Source of the DNA: Chlorokybus atmophyticus
Lineage: Eukaryota > Plantae > Mesostigma and Chlorokybus algae
NCBI GenBank assembly: GCA_009103225.1
Contig: RHPI01000273.1
Location: 60,010 to 124,009 of the forward strand
Reading direction: 5' to 3'
Length of the DNA stretch: 64,000 bases
The translations under genes and the position numbers were made by a program. Positions 44,988 through 57,699 of the stretch are shown here, one piece after another. Below the pieces are notes generated by a model. The model saw nothing but the letters and a program-made list of their open reading frames with translations, was not told the origin of the DNA and ran no database searches. Numbering within the stretch: position 1 is the first letter of the stretch; each line of letters starts with the position of its first letter.

Positions 44988-45131
44988 GGTACCTGTTAAA
45001 TACCCATTAGTCAAGCAAAGGGGACTCGACTTAACTAACCGGTACCCAACAATTAGGTACCGGCGACTGTACCTCGAAGGTACCCAACTATCAGGTACCT
45101 TTGGGGTACCTTATGGTACCTTTAAGGTACC
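44988..45131. repeat. GGTACC palindrome array downstream of the Crypton ORF
   Basis: GGTACC at 44988, 45041, 45056, 45079, 45094, 45105, 45115 and 45126. Confidence 0.85.
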
Positions 45132-45332
45132 TGACGTCACTGTCCCCAATACCTATCGATACCATTCAGTCACGAGCAAGTACTGCATGTGATTGTCGTC
45201 AACTGTGAGAGACGGCGAGTCGTAAATATATATTAAAATATAATATCTTGACTGATTCACAAATATGTAATATGATATAATAACAGTAAACATTGTAACA
45301 TGTTGCTACGCTATCATGTAAACTATATTGAG

Positions 45333-45372
<40 letters not shown>

Positions 45373-46429
45373 AACATTGAGCAGCTATCACTACTACCCT
45401 ATATACTCTACCCTTATACTCAGCCGCCGCTCCTCCACTCTCCACTCATCTACGCCTGCGCCGCCGCTCCTCCTCTGCTTGGCCTGATCGGCAAGAAGGG
45501 CGTCAACACAACGGCATCATACACACACATACAAAGAAACTCACCTACCATGCCGCCGCCGCCGCCTGGCTTGGCCTGGCCTGGCCTGTAAGAAGGGCGG
45601 GTTGCGCTGTTGCACTTAACATAACGCCATCATGCACATGCAACTCAACTACTCTGTGTACACACATATACACAAACTCACCAACCGTGCCGCCGCCGCC
45701 GCCGCCGCCGCCGCCGCCCAACTGTCCTTGAACTTGAAGCCGTTGAGCGTTTGAAACGCTGCTGCGTTTTAAACGCTCAACGTCTTCAAGTTCAATGGTA
45801 TAGTCGTATCACTAAAATGGTACAACAGCACCGTTGTACCATTGAATGATGAGTACCGTATAGGGTACTTTGATGGGACTGTTATATCGCAATGGTACTA
45901 TTGTTCCATTAAGTGTGCCGAGTATAACTAACCGGACTGACAGGTACTCGCCGCCATCGCTCGTCCCTCTTAGGAGACTTAGTTGAGATTGAGTGGTCAC
46001 TTGCTTGCCAGTGTAGGTTAGTCGCCGCCACGGCTTATGTACGGCCGACGGCCGGCCGCGGGTCAACTCCGACTCACCGGTATCGACCGCCGCCATTAGG
46101 GGCCTGAATATACACTTAATTGCCATTACAGGTAGGTCGCCGTTACGGAAGCAGTATGACCGGCGGTCGAGCGTCAAAATATGTTTATGTTACGTCATCA
46201 CCAATAGGCAACAGTTCATTGTACTGTACGATCGACGGTCGGCAATTGATTATTATCCACAATACGCATCGGCAGTTTATTCAGTCCCTTTGTGGCCCAA
46301 GTCGTTGGGTTCGTTAGGGTCAGGCATCCAACAATCCCTCAGTCTCTCGTCAGTCATTGTGTGAAATTTGCGGCGAACCGCCGGTCGGCGCTGGAGCATC
46401 CAGCATTGCTGGAACCACCCAACCAAGAG

Positions 46430-46800
46430 CCGTCCAACCTGGACCACTTCGACGACTTGGACCCGCAGGTCACACGGAATTTTTTCCACGGACCAGCCCT
46501 GGTCCGCACGTACGGACCAGGGCCAAAACGCCCGGGCGGCTTGGGGTCCGGACCAGGGTCGCCCGCCTTGGTCTGCACGCGGGGACCAGGGCTGGTCCAA
46601 ACAGTACGTAATTGTCCCACGGTCCCCCAAAAAACCGGGCCAGCCCTGGTCCCCGTCGAAGCTGGTTAAATTCGGACCGGTTATGGTCGTGTGTAAGGAC
46701 CATCATTGGTCCGGGTCTAGATTCAAACTAGTAGCAGCCATGGCTGGTGCGCATCTATAGATACCAGTACTCAAACCAGGGATGGTCCGTTTTTTTATGT
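46430..46800. repeat. GGACC/GGTCC-rich palindromic block, possibly a non-autonomous DNA transposon
   Basis: More than a dozen GGWCC sites in direct and inverted orientation, with CACA...T-run/A-run-like ends (46463, 46800). A similar block lies at 51060-51400. Confidence 0.55.
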
Positions 46801-47187
46801 GCATGACGGCCGGCTGCAGCCGGACCAGCTTTATAGGCTGATCGGCAGCGGCTGTGATTGCTGTTAAAAGTTAACTGTGCTCTGGCGGCTGACTGCGGTC
46901 AGCCGCAGCTGCAATTGAGCCGCAGCTGACCGCCGTTCGGCCGCCGCTGCTGGTGGCCTGGCGGGCGGCCTAGTGCTCCATACCATGAGCACCAGGCCAC
47001 GCCACTGGCCTGGTCATGCTGGCCTAGTGGCGGCCAGTATGCTTAGGCCAACGGCGTCACTAGGCCATAGCCATAGTTGTCGCTGCCGCCGCCAACTACC
47101 TAGGCCACAGACAAGTTCATGTCGGCTAGGCCAGCCGTTCGTGGTAGCCAAGTGCCTCGCAAAGCTTAGCCCCCCCCCCCCCCCCCC

Positions 47188-47468
47188 NNNNNNNNNNNNN
47201 NNNNNNNNNNNNNNNNNNNNNNNNNNNNNNNNNNNNNNNNNNNNNNNNNNNNNNNNNNNNNNNNNNNNNNNNNNNNNNNNNNNNNNNNNNNNNNNNNNNN
47301 NNNNNNNNNNNNNNNNNNNNNNNNNNNNNNNNNNNNNNNNNNNNNNNNNNNNNNNNNNNNNNNNNNNNNNNNNNNNNNNNNNNNNNNNNNNNNNNNNNNN
47401 NNNNNNNNNNNNNNNNNNNNNNNNNNNNNNNNNNNNNNNNNNNNNNNNNNNNNNNNNNNNNNNNNNNN
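47188..47468. other. Assembly gap (N run)
   Basis: N run flanked by poly-C on both sides. Confidence 1.
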
Positions 47469-48289
47469 CCCCCCCCCCCCCCCCCCCCTCGCATGCAGTG
47501 AGACGCATGATAGTGACACAACTGTGACGTTTACAACAAGTAGGATAATAGCTGCAAGCCCTATAGTTGCAAGTACTATCTACACAACCACACTCAGTGT
47601 AGCGGCCACGCACGCAAGTTCAAACCTGCTGCTCCAGTACTTTGCCCACTTCCTTCCCTCCTCCCCTGAGTAATGCTGCATGGCTGGTGCCGCACTGCCT
47701 GCACATGATTACCACCTTTGTCGTGCATCCATGGCTTGTTGTGTGGGCGACTTTTACTGTGCTGCATTCAATGTGCGGGTGCTCATGTGTGTGGGTTCAA
47801 CTTGAGTTACTGTTGTTGGTTATGCGCGGACCACATAAAGTTATGTGTGTGAGCAGGTTTACCTAAGTATGTGCACGTGCGTGCACATCTCACACAAGCA
47901 TTGCTAACAAGGTCTCACCACGCACGCCCTCATGCACACTCATGCGCGTGTGCACACACGCACTACATGGCACTCATCGCACCTTAAAGTGGTGGAGGGC
48001 ACAGACAGCTTGGGTCGATGCTTATATACGCACTGCCTGCCGCAGGCCAAGTTGGCAACCATGCGCTACAAACTCATCGCCAGCTTGGGGGGTAGTTCGC
48101 ATACCTGCGCGCGTGCGGTTGTGAGCGTGCACATGCGCGCATGCTTGTACATGTGCGTGTGCGTGTGCGTGTGCGTGGCTTGTTAAGGGAGGGGGAGGGG
48201 GGCTGGAGCTGAGATCGTGGCACACGGTGTACAGCCGTCATACCGAGGTGGTGGCCATTGCTTCTACGACATGTANCTATAGCAACTAC

Positions 48290-49085
48290 CTCATAGGCTG
48301 CACTGGACAGTGCCGCACTGATCAGTGCAGCCTATCAGCACTTACTTGGGATAGACCGCGACAGTCTATCAACCCAATATCAACAAGTGTGTACATGTCT
48401 ATGCGTGTGTAACAAAGGGCAATCTTGGAGCCAAACTATAGAAACTACCTCATAGGCCGCACTGATTAGTGCGGCCTATGAGCCAGCCTCATATGCTGCA
48501 CTGCATAGTGTGGTCTATAGTTTAAGGTGTATTTGTGCACGTGCGTGCGTTTACAAAGTGCACTTGCATGCTTCTGTGGACAGTGCAAATGCCTGTGTGC
48601 GCAGTGCGGTATATGAGCTCAATTGTAAACATGCGCGTGCACATTCACATATGAGCGATTTCTGAACAATCCACATGCACGCACGCAAGCGCACACTCAT
48701 GCGCACACACACTTATCAATATCGCACCTTGAAGATAGTGGAGAGCGTGGGCAGCTGGGGTGAGGTAGTGTAGGCAGCGCCGTGCACCAACAAACTCATT
48801 CGCTCTTTTCAGCAGCGGGTTGCCGATTGCCAGCTTGGGGGCAGTTCGCATAACTGCGCGTGCGCACGCATGTGAGCACATACACGTACGCGTTCACATG
48901 CGCGAGCGTGCATGCTGTATGTGCGCATTTCAGAGAGGTGAAAGGGGGGTGGGGTACGCCTGTTTATATGCATAGTGTACATGCGGACTTTGTGACTGGC
49001 CCATAGGCCGCACCGTTCAGTGTCTACGAGCCAGCTAGCAACTGGCTCATAGGCCGCACTGGAAAGTGCGGTCCATGAGCCAGAT
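48290..49085. repeat. Repeated hairpin unit CTCATAGGCCGCACT-N4-AGTGCGGCCTATGAG
   Basis: Perfect copy at 48449-48482; imperfect copies near 48290-48340 and 49000-49082. Confidence 0.75.
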
Positions 49086-49238
49086 GTTGGGTGTCAGTGT
49101 GTGTGTCGTGCAGAGCACGTGAGTATGTATGCACGTACATATGTGCGTGTGTCATGCAGAGCACATGGGCTGCATACGCATGTGCATATGCGCGTTCCAT
49201 GTGTATGTGCGTGCGTGCATGTTTGTAAAGGAGGGGGG

Positions 49239-50080
49239 NNNNNNNNNNNNNNNNNNNNNNNNNNNNNNNNNNNNNNNNNNNNNNNNNNNNNNNNNNNNNN
49301 NNNNNNNNNNNNNNNNNNNNNNNNNNNNNNNNNNNNNNNNNNNNNNNNNNNNNNNNNNNNNNNNNNNNNNNNNNNNNNNNNNNNNNNNNNNNNNNNNNNN
49401 NNNNNNNNNNNNNNNNNNNNNNNNNNNNNNNNNNNNNNNNNNNNNNNNNNNNNNNNNNNNNNNNNNNNNNNNNNNNNNNNNNNNNNNNNNNNNNNNNNNN
49501 NNNNNNNNNNNNNNNNNNNNNNNNNNNNNNNNNNNNNNNNNNNNNNNNNNNNNNNNNNNNNNNNNNNNNNNNNNNNNNNNNNNNNNNNNNNNNNNNNNNN
49601 NNNNNNNNNNNNNNNNNNNNNNNNNNNNNNNNNNNNNNNNNNNNNNNNNNNNNNNNNNNNNNNNNNNNNNNNNNNNNNNNNNNNNNNNNNNNNNNNNNNN
49701 NNNNNNNNNNNNNNNNNNNNNNNNNNNNNNNNNNNNNNNNNNNNNNNNNNNNNNNNNNNNNNNNNNNNNNNNNNNNNNNNNNNNNNNNNNNNNNNNNNNN
49801 NNNNNNNNNNNNNNNNNNNNNNNNNNNNNNNNNNNNNNNNNNNNNNNNNNNNNNNNNNNNNNNNNNNNNNNNNNNNNNNNNNNNNNNNNNNNNNNNNNNN
49901 NNNNNNNNNNNNNNNNNNNNNNNNNNNNNNNNNNNNNNNNNNNNNNNNNNNNNNNNNNNNNNNNNNNNNNNNNNNNNNNNNNNNNNNNNNNNNNNNNNNN
50001 NNNNNNNNNNNNNNNNNNNNNNNNNNNNNNNNNNNNNNNNNNNNNNNNNNNNNNNNNNNNNNNNNNNNNNNNNNNNNNNN
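49239..50080. other. Assembly gap (N run)
   Basis: N run flanked by poly-G on both sides. Confidence 1.
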
Positions 50081-51599
50081 GGGGGGGGGGGGTTGTGCAT
50101 TCAGTCTTGACTGTGTATTGCTCCATCGGATAGCCTCCGCCAGCTCTGCCCACAACGCTGGGGTTGCGCCTGTCGCTCAGCATGCAGCGGCTGGTGGTAA
50201 CGATTGTAGGCAGCAGTATCGGTTCTGGTCGTTGCTGTTTTCGCCATTGCCGCCATAGCTGCTGTGTGTCGGGGTTGTTGAAACAGAATTAGAATACGTT
50301 GTGCTGTTGCTGCTGCTCCTGGACGGACGGATAAGAGAGCAAAGTTAATAGCAACGCTTACATGCATATTAGCAGTGCACTCATGCAAATTCTTGTCAGG
50401 TGCATGCATGTGCAGGCGTGCATGTGCTGGACTACTAGAAATACAAAAACCTAACTGTTTGGTTCATATGTCGTGGTTGTTGCTGCTACAGCCGCAGCAG
50501 CAGCTGCGGCTGCGGCTGTAGCTGCTGCTGCGGTTGTTGTTGCTTGCTGTTGTCAAGCTACAGCAGCAGCAATCACGAGCACCAACCACAATCACCAGCA
50601 CACACAACCGACACCACCACAACAATGTCATTCACAAGTGGTGACGAGAATGCCCACTGTGTAGACAACGGCAGCAGCACCGGCAGCAGGAGCCGCTGCA
50701 ACCATAGCAGTTGCTGTTGCTCAAATGCTACAAACTACGAAACCTACACACAGTAAGCCACACACAGTGCAACGAACAATCAACATCACTTGCTTACCGT
50801 GGTAAGTTGGCCTCCAGCACCGCCGCCTTCAGCGCCGCCGCCAGCTCCAGTAGCTTGCCGGTTGCAACGCAGTGCCGCAAGCAGTGCCTCAGTGCCTCAC
50901 TGCGACCTCAGTTGCAATTAGGGTCAGCCTTCGCCCAGCTCGGGGTGGGTTAATTCGGAGTTAGCGAAAAACAAGCAGGGCTGCAATTAGGGTTTTAGCA
51001 CGGGATAAGTACAAGTACAGCCGTACTTACCGCTGTGCTGACGTGTGCAAGGCCGAGCCCCGATCATGCCAGACAGGTTCGATCACTGCGTACAATTGTA
51101 CCAATGGACTCAAGCGACGTGGTGCAATATACCTGGTCCCACGACACGGCTGCATACGGACCAGGCCTGGTGCACAGCACCTGTACCTTGCTGTACCAGT
51201 GCTGAACTGGTACGTAGGCCGCGGGGCACGCGACCAGCCCCGGTCCGGTCATTTGGACCATGCCGGCGGTCCCAGGGGCCGGACCACCGGTGGTCCGGTC
51301 ACGCCGGACCAGTCGTGGCACTGGTACGCCACATCGTACCAGACGTGGTCTGCGGACCGCGTACGACTGGTCCGCGCGTAAAAAGCCCTGTGGGTGGTTC
51401 AACTGTTACGGGCATTTCCTACGCGTTCGCTTGGCAATGACCCTAAGTTGGACACATTTTCATGGCGTGAGCAATGCCGCCGCTTTTATGCACTGGATCG
51501 GGCTCGCAAATTTTGTGAACAATAAGAACAGGTGGTCCGTCATCGCGAATGGGATTATGTTGAAGATGTCAAGCGGGACATCGACGAAGAACCAGCTGC

Positions 51600-54023
51600 G
51601 GCACTAGGGATGACTGTGCACCCCGACAAGTGCACTGTCTGTACCCACAAGGTTCCCTACCTTGGTCACATGATCGTGCCCAACGGCGTGTAAGTTCGGC
51701 AGGCCAAGGTGGAGGCGTTGGCATCTATCCCAGCCCTTACAGACCTGACCCGACTGCGTGCCTTCCTCGGCCTCGCCAACTACTACAGGAGGTGCGTCAA
51801 AGACTTTGCCAAGGTGGCGCGCCCCCTCAACAAACTTCTCGAGAAGGAGACAGAGTGGAGCTGGAAGGAGGCCCAGCAACAGGCTTGTAAAGAGCTGAAG
51901 CGGAGGCTCACCTCAGCCCCCATCCTACAGCGACCAAACTGCACCAAACCCTTTATTCTTCATACCGACTAAAGCAAGCTCGGCATGGGCAATGTATTGG
52001 TTCAGCTCGACAACAACAAGAGGGAGCGGGTGATGTCCTACGCCAGCCGCAGCAACGACAGCGCTGAGGCCAACTACAGCAGTTACGAAGGCGAATGCCT
52101 TGCTGCAGTATGGGCCATCTCCTTCTTCAGACCTTTTCTGTTCGGAAGCCAATGTCTACTGATCACCGACCACCAACCACTGCGCTGGTTCATGACCAAC
52201 CAGCACCTTACGGGCAAGTTGGCCAGGTGGGCTCTGCTGCTACAGGAGTACGACTTCGAGACCACCCACCGGGCAGAACTTGTCAACCAGGACGCAGACG
52301 CTCTCAGTCGCAACCCCCACCTTTCCACCGACGACACCAGTGGTGCCCGACATGAGCTGAGTCCAGAGGCACCACCACCGCAGGTGGCCACCATGTTTGC
52401 CGTAGCTGCATTGCGCTCGGGACGGGATACCATCACAGGAGCGGCTCCGACAATGCCGGAAACAGAGGACATGCCAGCGCTCACCCCCGTCGACACCGAC
52501 TCAGCTGAACAGACCACGCCAGATGATGCCCAACTCCCGGCTGCAGACATAGGTCAAGTCATCTGATTGGACAAGAACTCCATGATCTACCTACAACATG
52601 GACAACAGGTGGCAGGACTAAGCGCGCGCAAGCGTGACCGCGTCAGGCAGCGTTGTTAGAACTACCGCTGGGAGGATGGACTCGTGTTCCAACGGGTCCA
52701 CATCCATAACAAGGAGGTACCGGCTTCGCACCGACGCGAGGGCATCGTTGCTGTATTCCACATAGAGTTGGGGCACTTCGGTATCATGCGCACCGTCAGC
52801 TTGGTGAGTGCCCAATACTGGTGGCATGGCATGCACACCCAGGTTCGCGCCTTTGTTGCGAACTGCACGCACTGCGACCTGGTGCGCGCCAGCATCAACA
52901 CCCGCACCAGCACGCTGCACCCACTCCCTATCGCCGGCATGTTCTACCGGTGGGGACTGGACATCCTTGGAGATCTAGCACCCTCAGCTCGTGGCAACAA
53001 TTACATCCTCGTCATGATCGAACACTTTTCGAAGTGGGTTGAGCTGGTCCCCCTTTCCGACAAAAGCAGCAGAGGAACCGCTCAGGCTTTCCTAAGCCAT
53101 GTGCTTAGTCATTTTGGCTCATGCGCTGAAGTCATCACCGACCAGGGAGGGCGGAGTTCCGCGGCGAGTTCGACACCTTGCTCGATCGTTCCTACATTGA
53201 CCACCGGCGCACCTTACGTGACCATCCGCAGGCGGATGGGCTGGCGGAACGTACGGTCCAGCCCATCAAGAAGGCCTTGCGCAAGTACCTCATCGACCAC
53301 GAGAAGCGCACCTGGGATGACTACCTCCCCTGGATAGCCTTGGGCTATCGAGTGTCCAAGCAAGCTTCCTTGCGCATGTACAGCCCGTATCAGCTGTTGT
53401 TTGGCAGGGAACCCTTACTCCCCTTCCGCGCATAAAAAGAGGTGGAACGCGTGCTGGACAACCTCAACAACATTGTGGCTATGCTGCACGACATGCAATA
53501 GCGCGCTTACCTGTTCGCACACGTCATCCCCATGGCCATGGGCAGTCCCCGCATCGCTCAACATCGGGACACACTGCGCTATGAACGCGTCCGCAGTGGG
53601 TTCTACAAACAGCGCAGTCGCCGCTTCAAAGCGGGCAACTATGTCTACTGCATGATCTAAACCAAGGACACCCTTGACATCAGTGTCAAGTGTGTCGTCT
53701 ACAAGGTCCTGAAGGTACTCCCCTCTGGAGTGCTGGATTTGCTTGGCAACAACGGCGAGCGCCTCGAGAACAGCATGGAGAACTGCGCTCCATGTCACCT
53801 GCCACATATTGCAGGCTTCGACGTCATTCAACACCCTCAACCCAGTCGCAGCAAGCGTCGCGAGAAGTGCGGCAGTGCCGACAACGACGCACTCATGATG
53901 TTGTGCAACGGCTGCAACAGTGGTATGCACTGCTACTACCTCGACCTGCCAAAAGACACTGTGCCTCTGGAGGCATATCAGTGTGAAGACTGCCGCGTCC
54001 GTGGTCCTCCTCATTCTCGCTAA
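51600..54023 (+). mobile_element. Ty3/gypsy LTR retrotransposon pol remnant (RT C-terminus, RNase H, integrase, C-terminal PHD finger), 5'-truncated and pseudogenised
   Basis: Domain order RT (HPDKC...VPYLGH, LRAFLGLANYYRR) > RNase H (FILHTD, YSSYEGECLAAVWA, TDHQPL) > integrase (H...GHFG...C..C; RWGLDILG, VITDQG, HPQADGLAER) > PHD. It has many nonsense codons and a frameshift near 53150. Confidence 0.93.
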
Positions 54024-54059
54024 AGACTGCTCACTAGAGCAGAGACTTCCCTAGTTCAC

Positions 54060-54510
54060 AAGGGGGGGTGGCTTGTTGACTTGCTCTCATTAGCATTATC
54101 AGCAACGCATTATCATCACTCAGAGCGCATAGCACCATATCGTACCACATGTTGTCAGCCTCACATGTGTTTCTCTCACAAGTAGGTACAGATAGGGGGG
54201 TATTCTTTGCCTTCCGTACTGTGCAGCTACACAACCAACAGCCCACCAGGCTGGCCTCATTTCCCATTATGGCAATACAGTTGGGAGCCACCCGGAGGGG
54301 CACACGACTCTGCCAGGCCCGACAGCTTCACGTAGAAAGCCTGGTCTATCAAAGTCATTACAGTGACCAATATTTATCGCAAGATGTCAGCATGGATCTC
54401 GGATTGATTGGATTATTGAGCTTTGATCAAGAAACGTTACAGTGCACTCATTGTCTTTGTAAAACTACTGACAAGCTTACCGTGGAAGCCGAGGGAGGTC
54501 TTCTTGGCAA
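54060..54510 (+). mobile_element. Polypurine tract and probable start of the 3' LTR of the gypsy remnant
   Basis: AAGGGGGGGTGG at 54060-54071 followed by TG at 54074; the LTR right end is not established. Confidence 0.55.
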
Positions 54511-57500
54511 CTAGCCCCCCCGCCCCCCCCCCCCCTCAAACAAACGGACCAAAGCCGCGTCTCATTGGTTCAAGCCTAGATGCATTGTGCTGACAGCATT
54601 GTGCAGCTTGTATTGCAAGTGTGCATTGCCTTGCGGGGTGCTTAATTGCATCATTAGGCACACCATATGTGAAGACACGGTACTGTTACATTGGTTGAAC
54701 GCAGCATGGTGCGCACTTGCTGTGTGTATGGGGTGCTTGGTTTAGCTGTTGAAGGGGCCTTCCTTACCCTTCTGTGTGGGAGCGTTTCCGGGTGTTCTAC
54801 CTAGGGCTTGCAGTGTGTGTTCTATGGCTGACGCCGGTGCTAACAAAGAGGCGCCTTCCACTTCCAGCTACTTCCGTTGGTGGTGTTGTGGACAACAGCT
54901 GCCTATTTGCTTCTGCCCTTGTGTATTGCTATGTGCAAGCATGTGTGCCACAGTGTACGCGTGCAGTAGCTTTACACACTGTTGCTGTATGTGTATCCTC
55001 CAGTGCATATGTGACTTCGCCAACAACAGCTCACAATGCGTGAGCATAACACACGAAGGTTGCACAAGGCAACCCCGAAGTAGATGATAACAGGCCACTG
55101 AGTAGCAAGCCACAAGCAGCATGCAATATGCATGATTACGCTTGTGTGAGATGTTAATGAAGCACAGCTTAGGCGCCTACAGGTCAGAGAGTGGCTTGAC
55201 CACACAGCCTGTGATTTGTTTATGATGACGACGCTACATGGCTATTGCATCGGTACTTTCAGTTGGCATTGGGTGCACTGATGCATATTGTGACACACAA
55301 ACTTCCTCACTGATGTGTCTAGGAGGCTGCTTGAAGAGATGGACTTAAGACCATCCTATACTGTGACAGTTTTACTTGTGGACGGAGTAATAATATGCGG
55401 CATACATTATTGTATACTCTGTATGTACATGTATGCTAGTGCTTAGTTGCATTAGCTAGCTAATTGCAAGAAAGGCCTTAGTGGTCAGCCCCACACATGC
55501 TGTTCACATTTTCGCACCTTATGATCACATGAATATGCAATGCAAATTACGTGCCGATCATTTTGGTTTTAATTCACATGTCCTGTCTTATAAGCATGAC
55601 ACATGCTGCTCATACAACTCCTATGTATATTTAATCGAGAAGATGATAGAATATGCAAGTTATGTGCTATCCATACACGTTACATTATAATGTAATTGTA
55701 TTAATGGATAACAGGAAAAATGGAATTCTGTGTCATAAAACTCTATATCGAGGTTAACACTTGATTAATTCAATATTTATGTAGCAGTTGTATTGTTGGA
55801 CCATTAATCATAAACTTAAAATGGCATCTAATATTATGAAGTTTATATCATGTACATTCAATGTGCAACCATTGTATAGCCATGTGCATCCAAAGCATGA
55901 ACTGATTATCAACCACCAGCAACAATATCAGACATTTGCACTATGGACATGAGGCGGCGGTAACTCCAGTCACGACGGTCACGTCGGCGCGATGTATCCA
56001 GCCGCGGCGAACGGCTCGATGGTGTCCGCCGTGCGTCGTCCTGCCGTCCTCCGGGTACTGATAAGTAATATCATCTTATCCGTAATGTTGAACATGTATA
56101 TTCAAAATGCAATTTTCTTTAATTAATTATGGCAGCTAGTGGCTACCCTTGAGCTTGACTATGCAACATAAACTACATACCAGTTAACACAACATATGAC
56201 ACGGTTGACATGATGTGTTACAATAAATACTTATGGTCAAGTTAACTTGCAGACCTTAAAAGCACATCATTAAATGTCAATTTGATGATATTATAAATGC
56301 TATTAAATATGTATACAGATATGTCATGTTTAATTTCTTAATAATGTATGCACATGTTTTCATTCCATACATATAATGATTAGCAATAGCACAGGATCAT
56401 TTTTCATCACATACATGTCAAAGAGCACGTTTAAGTATGATTTATCGAAGATGATGATTGTTATAAAAATAACATGGACAATTATTACATGTAGTCGTGT
56501 AAATGCAGATGACCAAGCAAGAATAAGATGTGTGGACAACGCCTTATCGGATTCTCCATTGCATGTACACTTGACATAGGTAAACTCACATCCTTCACAC
56601 GGTATGACAAAACTAGCGGTGCGGCTGGTTGGGCGTGTGATTGGGCCGGCCGGCCGGCCGGCATTAGGGCACAAGACACATCACACGCGCACCACGCACG
56701 ACGGCCCAGTGACATACGGCACCCGCGACTGCCGGGCTGCGCGGTATGCGCGGCCCGCCTGCCTGTCATTGGCTAGGCGGCAATAACCAGCTATCGGCCG
56801 TTCGATCTGTCAGAACAAATCTTGACCGTCCACAAACTATCCCCATGTCATGCAACTGCTCAAAGTATATGCGAATGATATATACTTTAATTATGATGAT
56901 CTTATTGACTATATGCAATCATGACTACATGCAATAATTTGCATTGTGGTTAACGTAATTAAACATATGTATATGTATCATATATACAAACTATGCATGA
57001 AGTGTACGCACTTGTATGTGAGTAATCTTATATTATACGTTTTGTACATCATGTACAATGGATAGATATGCATATGTAGCATAATTATTACATAGCATGA
57101 TACGCACACACATTATATGCATATAATAGTATAATATTATAGTATGTCATGTATATAGGCAATTTTGTATGCATAATATATATGATACATGCAATCTTTT
57201 ATACAATGTATAGATAGTTTCACATGGCTTATATGATCTTAACATGTCCCACATGTATTGAGATAATACGCTTAGCACTAACGTTTCTGCCACGTTACGT
57301 GCGGAGATATCAAGTGGTGCGGCTGTTCGGTCGGGCCAACACACGGCACCCGCGACTGCCGGGCTGCGCGGCAGTATGTGCAGCCCGGCTTCTCATTGGC
57401 TAGGCGGCGAGTACATGCGTTAAACCGTTAGATCTGCCTAAACGATCCTGGCCGTCCAAAGCACATCCATTATTTAAACCCATGGCAATAAATGTAAAAT

Positions 57501-57699
57501 TAAGCACAGTTCTGCATACGTGGCCGCTTATGGCTGCATGTTGATCATTTTTATGTGGGACAGAAATAATATTAGTAAATATGGAGATACAATGATACAT
57601 GTTGATATCGCTGATGTGTTGCAAAATGAAGCACATCTGTTGCAATATGGTGCAATATGGTGCAATATGGCTAGCAGCCTGCAGTTAAGCGTTAGAAAC

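Noticed and set aside
48290-49085. CRISPR-like repeat array
   Set aside because: The context is eukaryotic, spacing is irregular, repeats are degenerate, and there are no cas genes.
49024-50258. 300+ aa ORFs full of X, also at 9377-9996, 41140-41793 and 46973-47613
   Set aside because: They are read-through of N gaps; only flanking parts of some are real exons.
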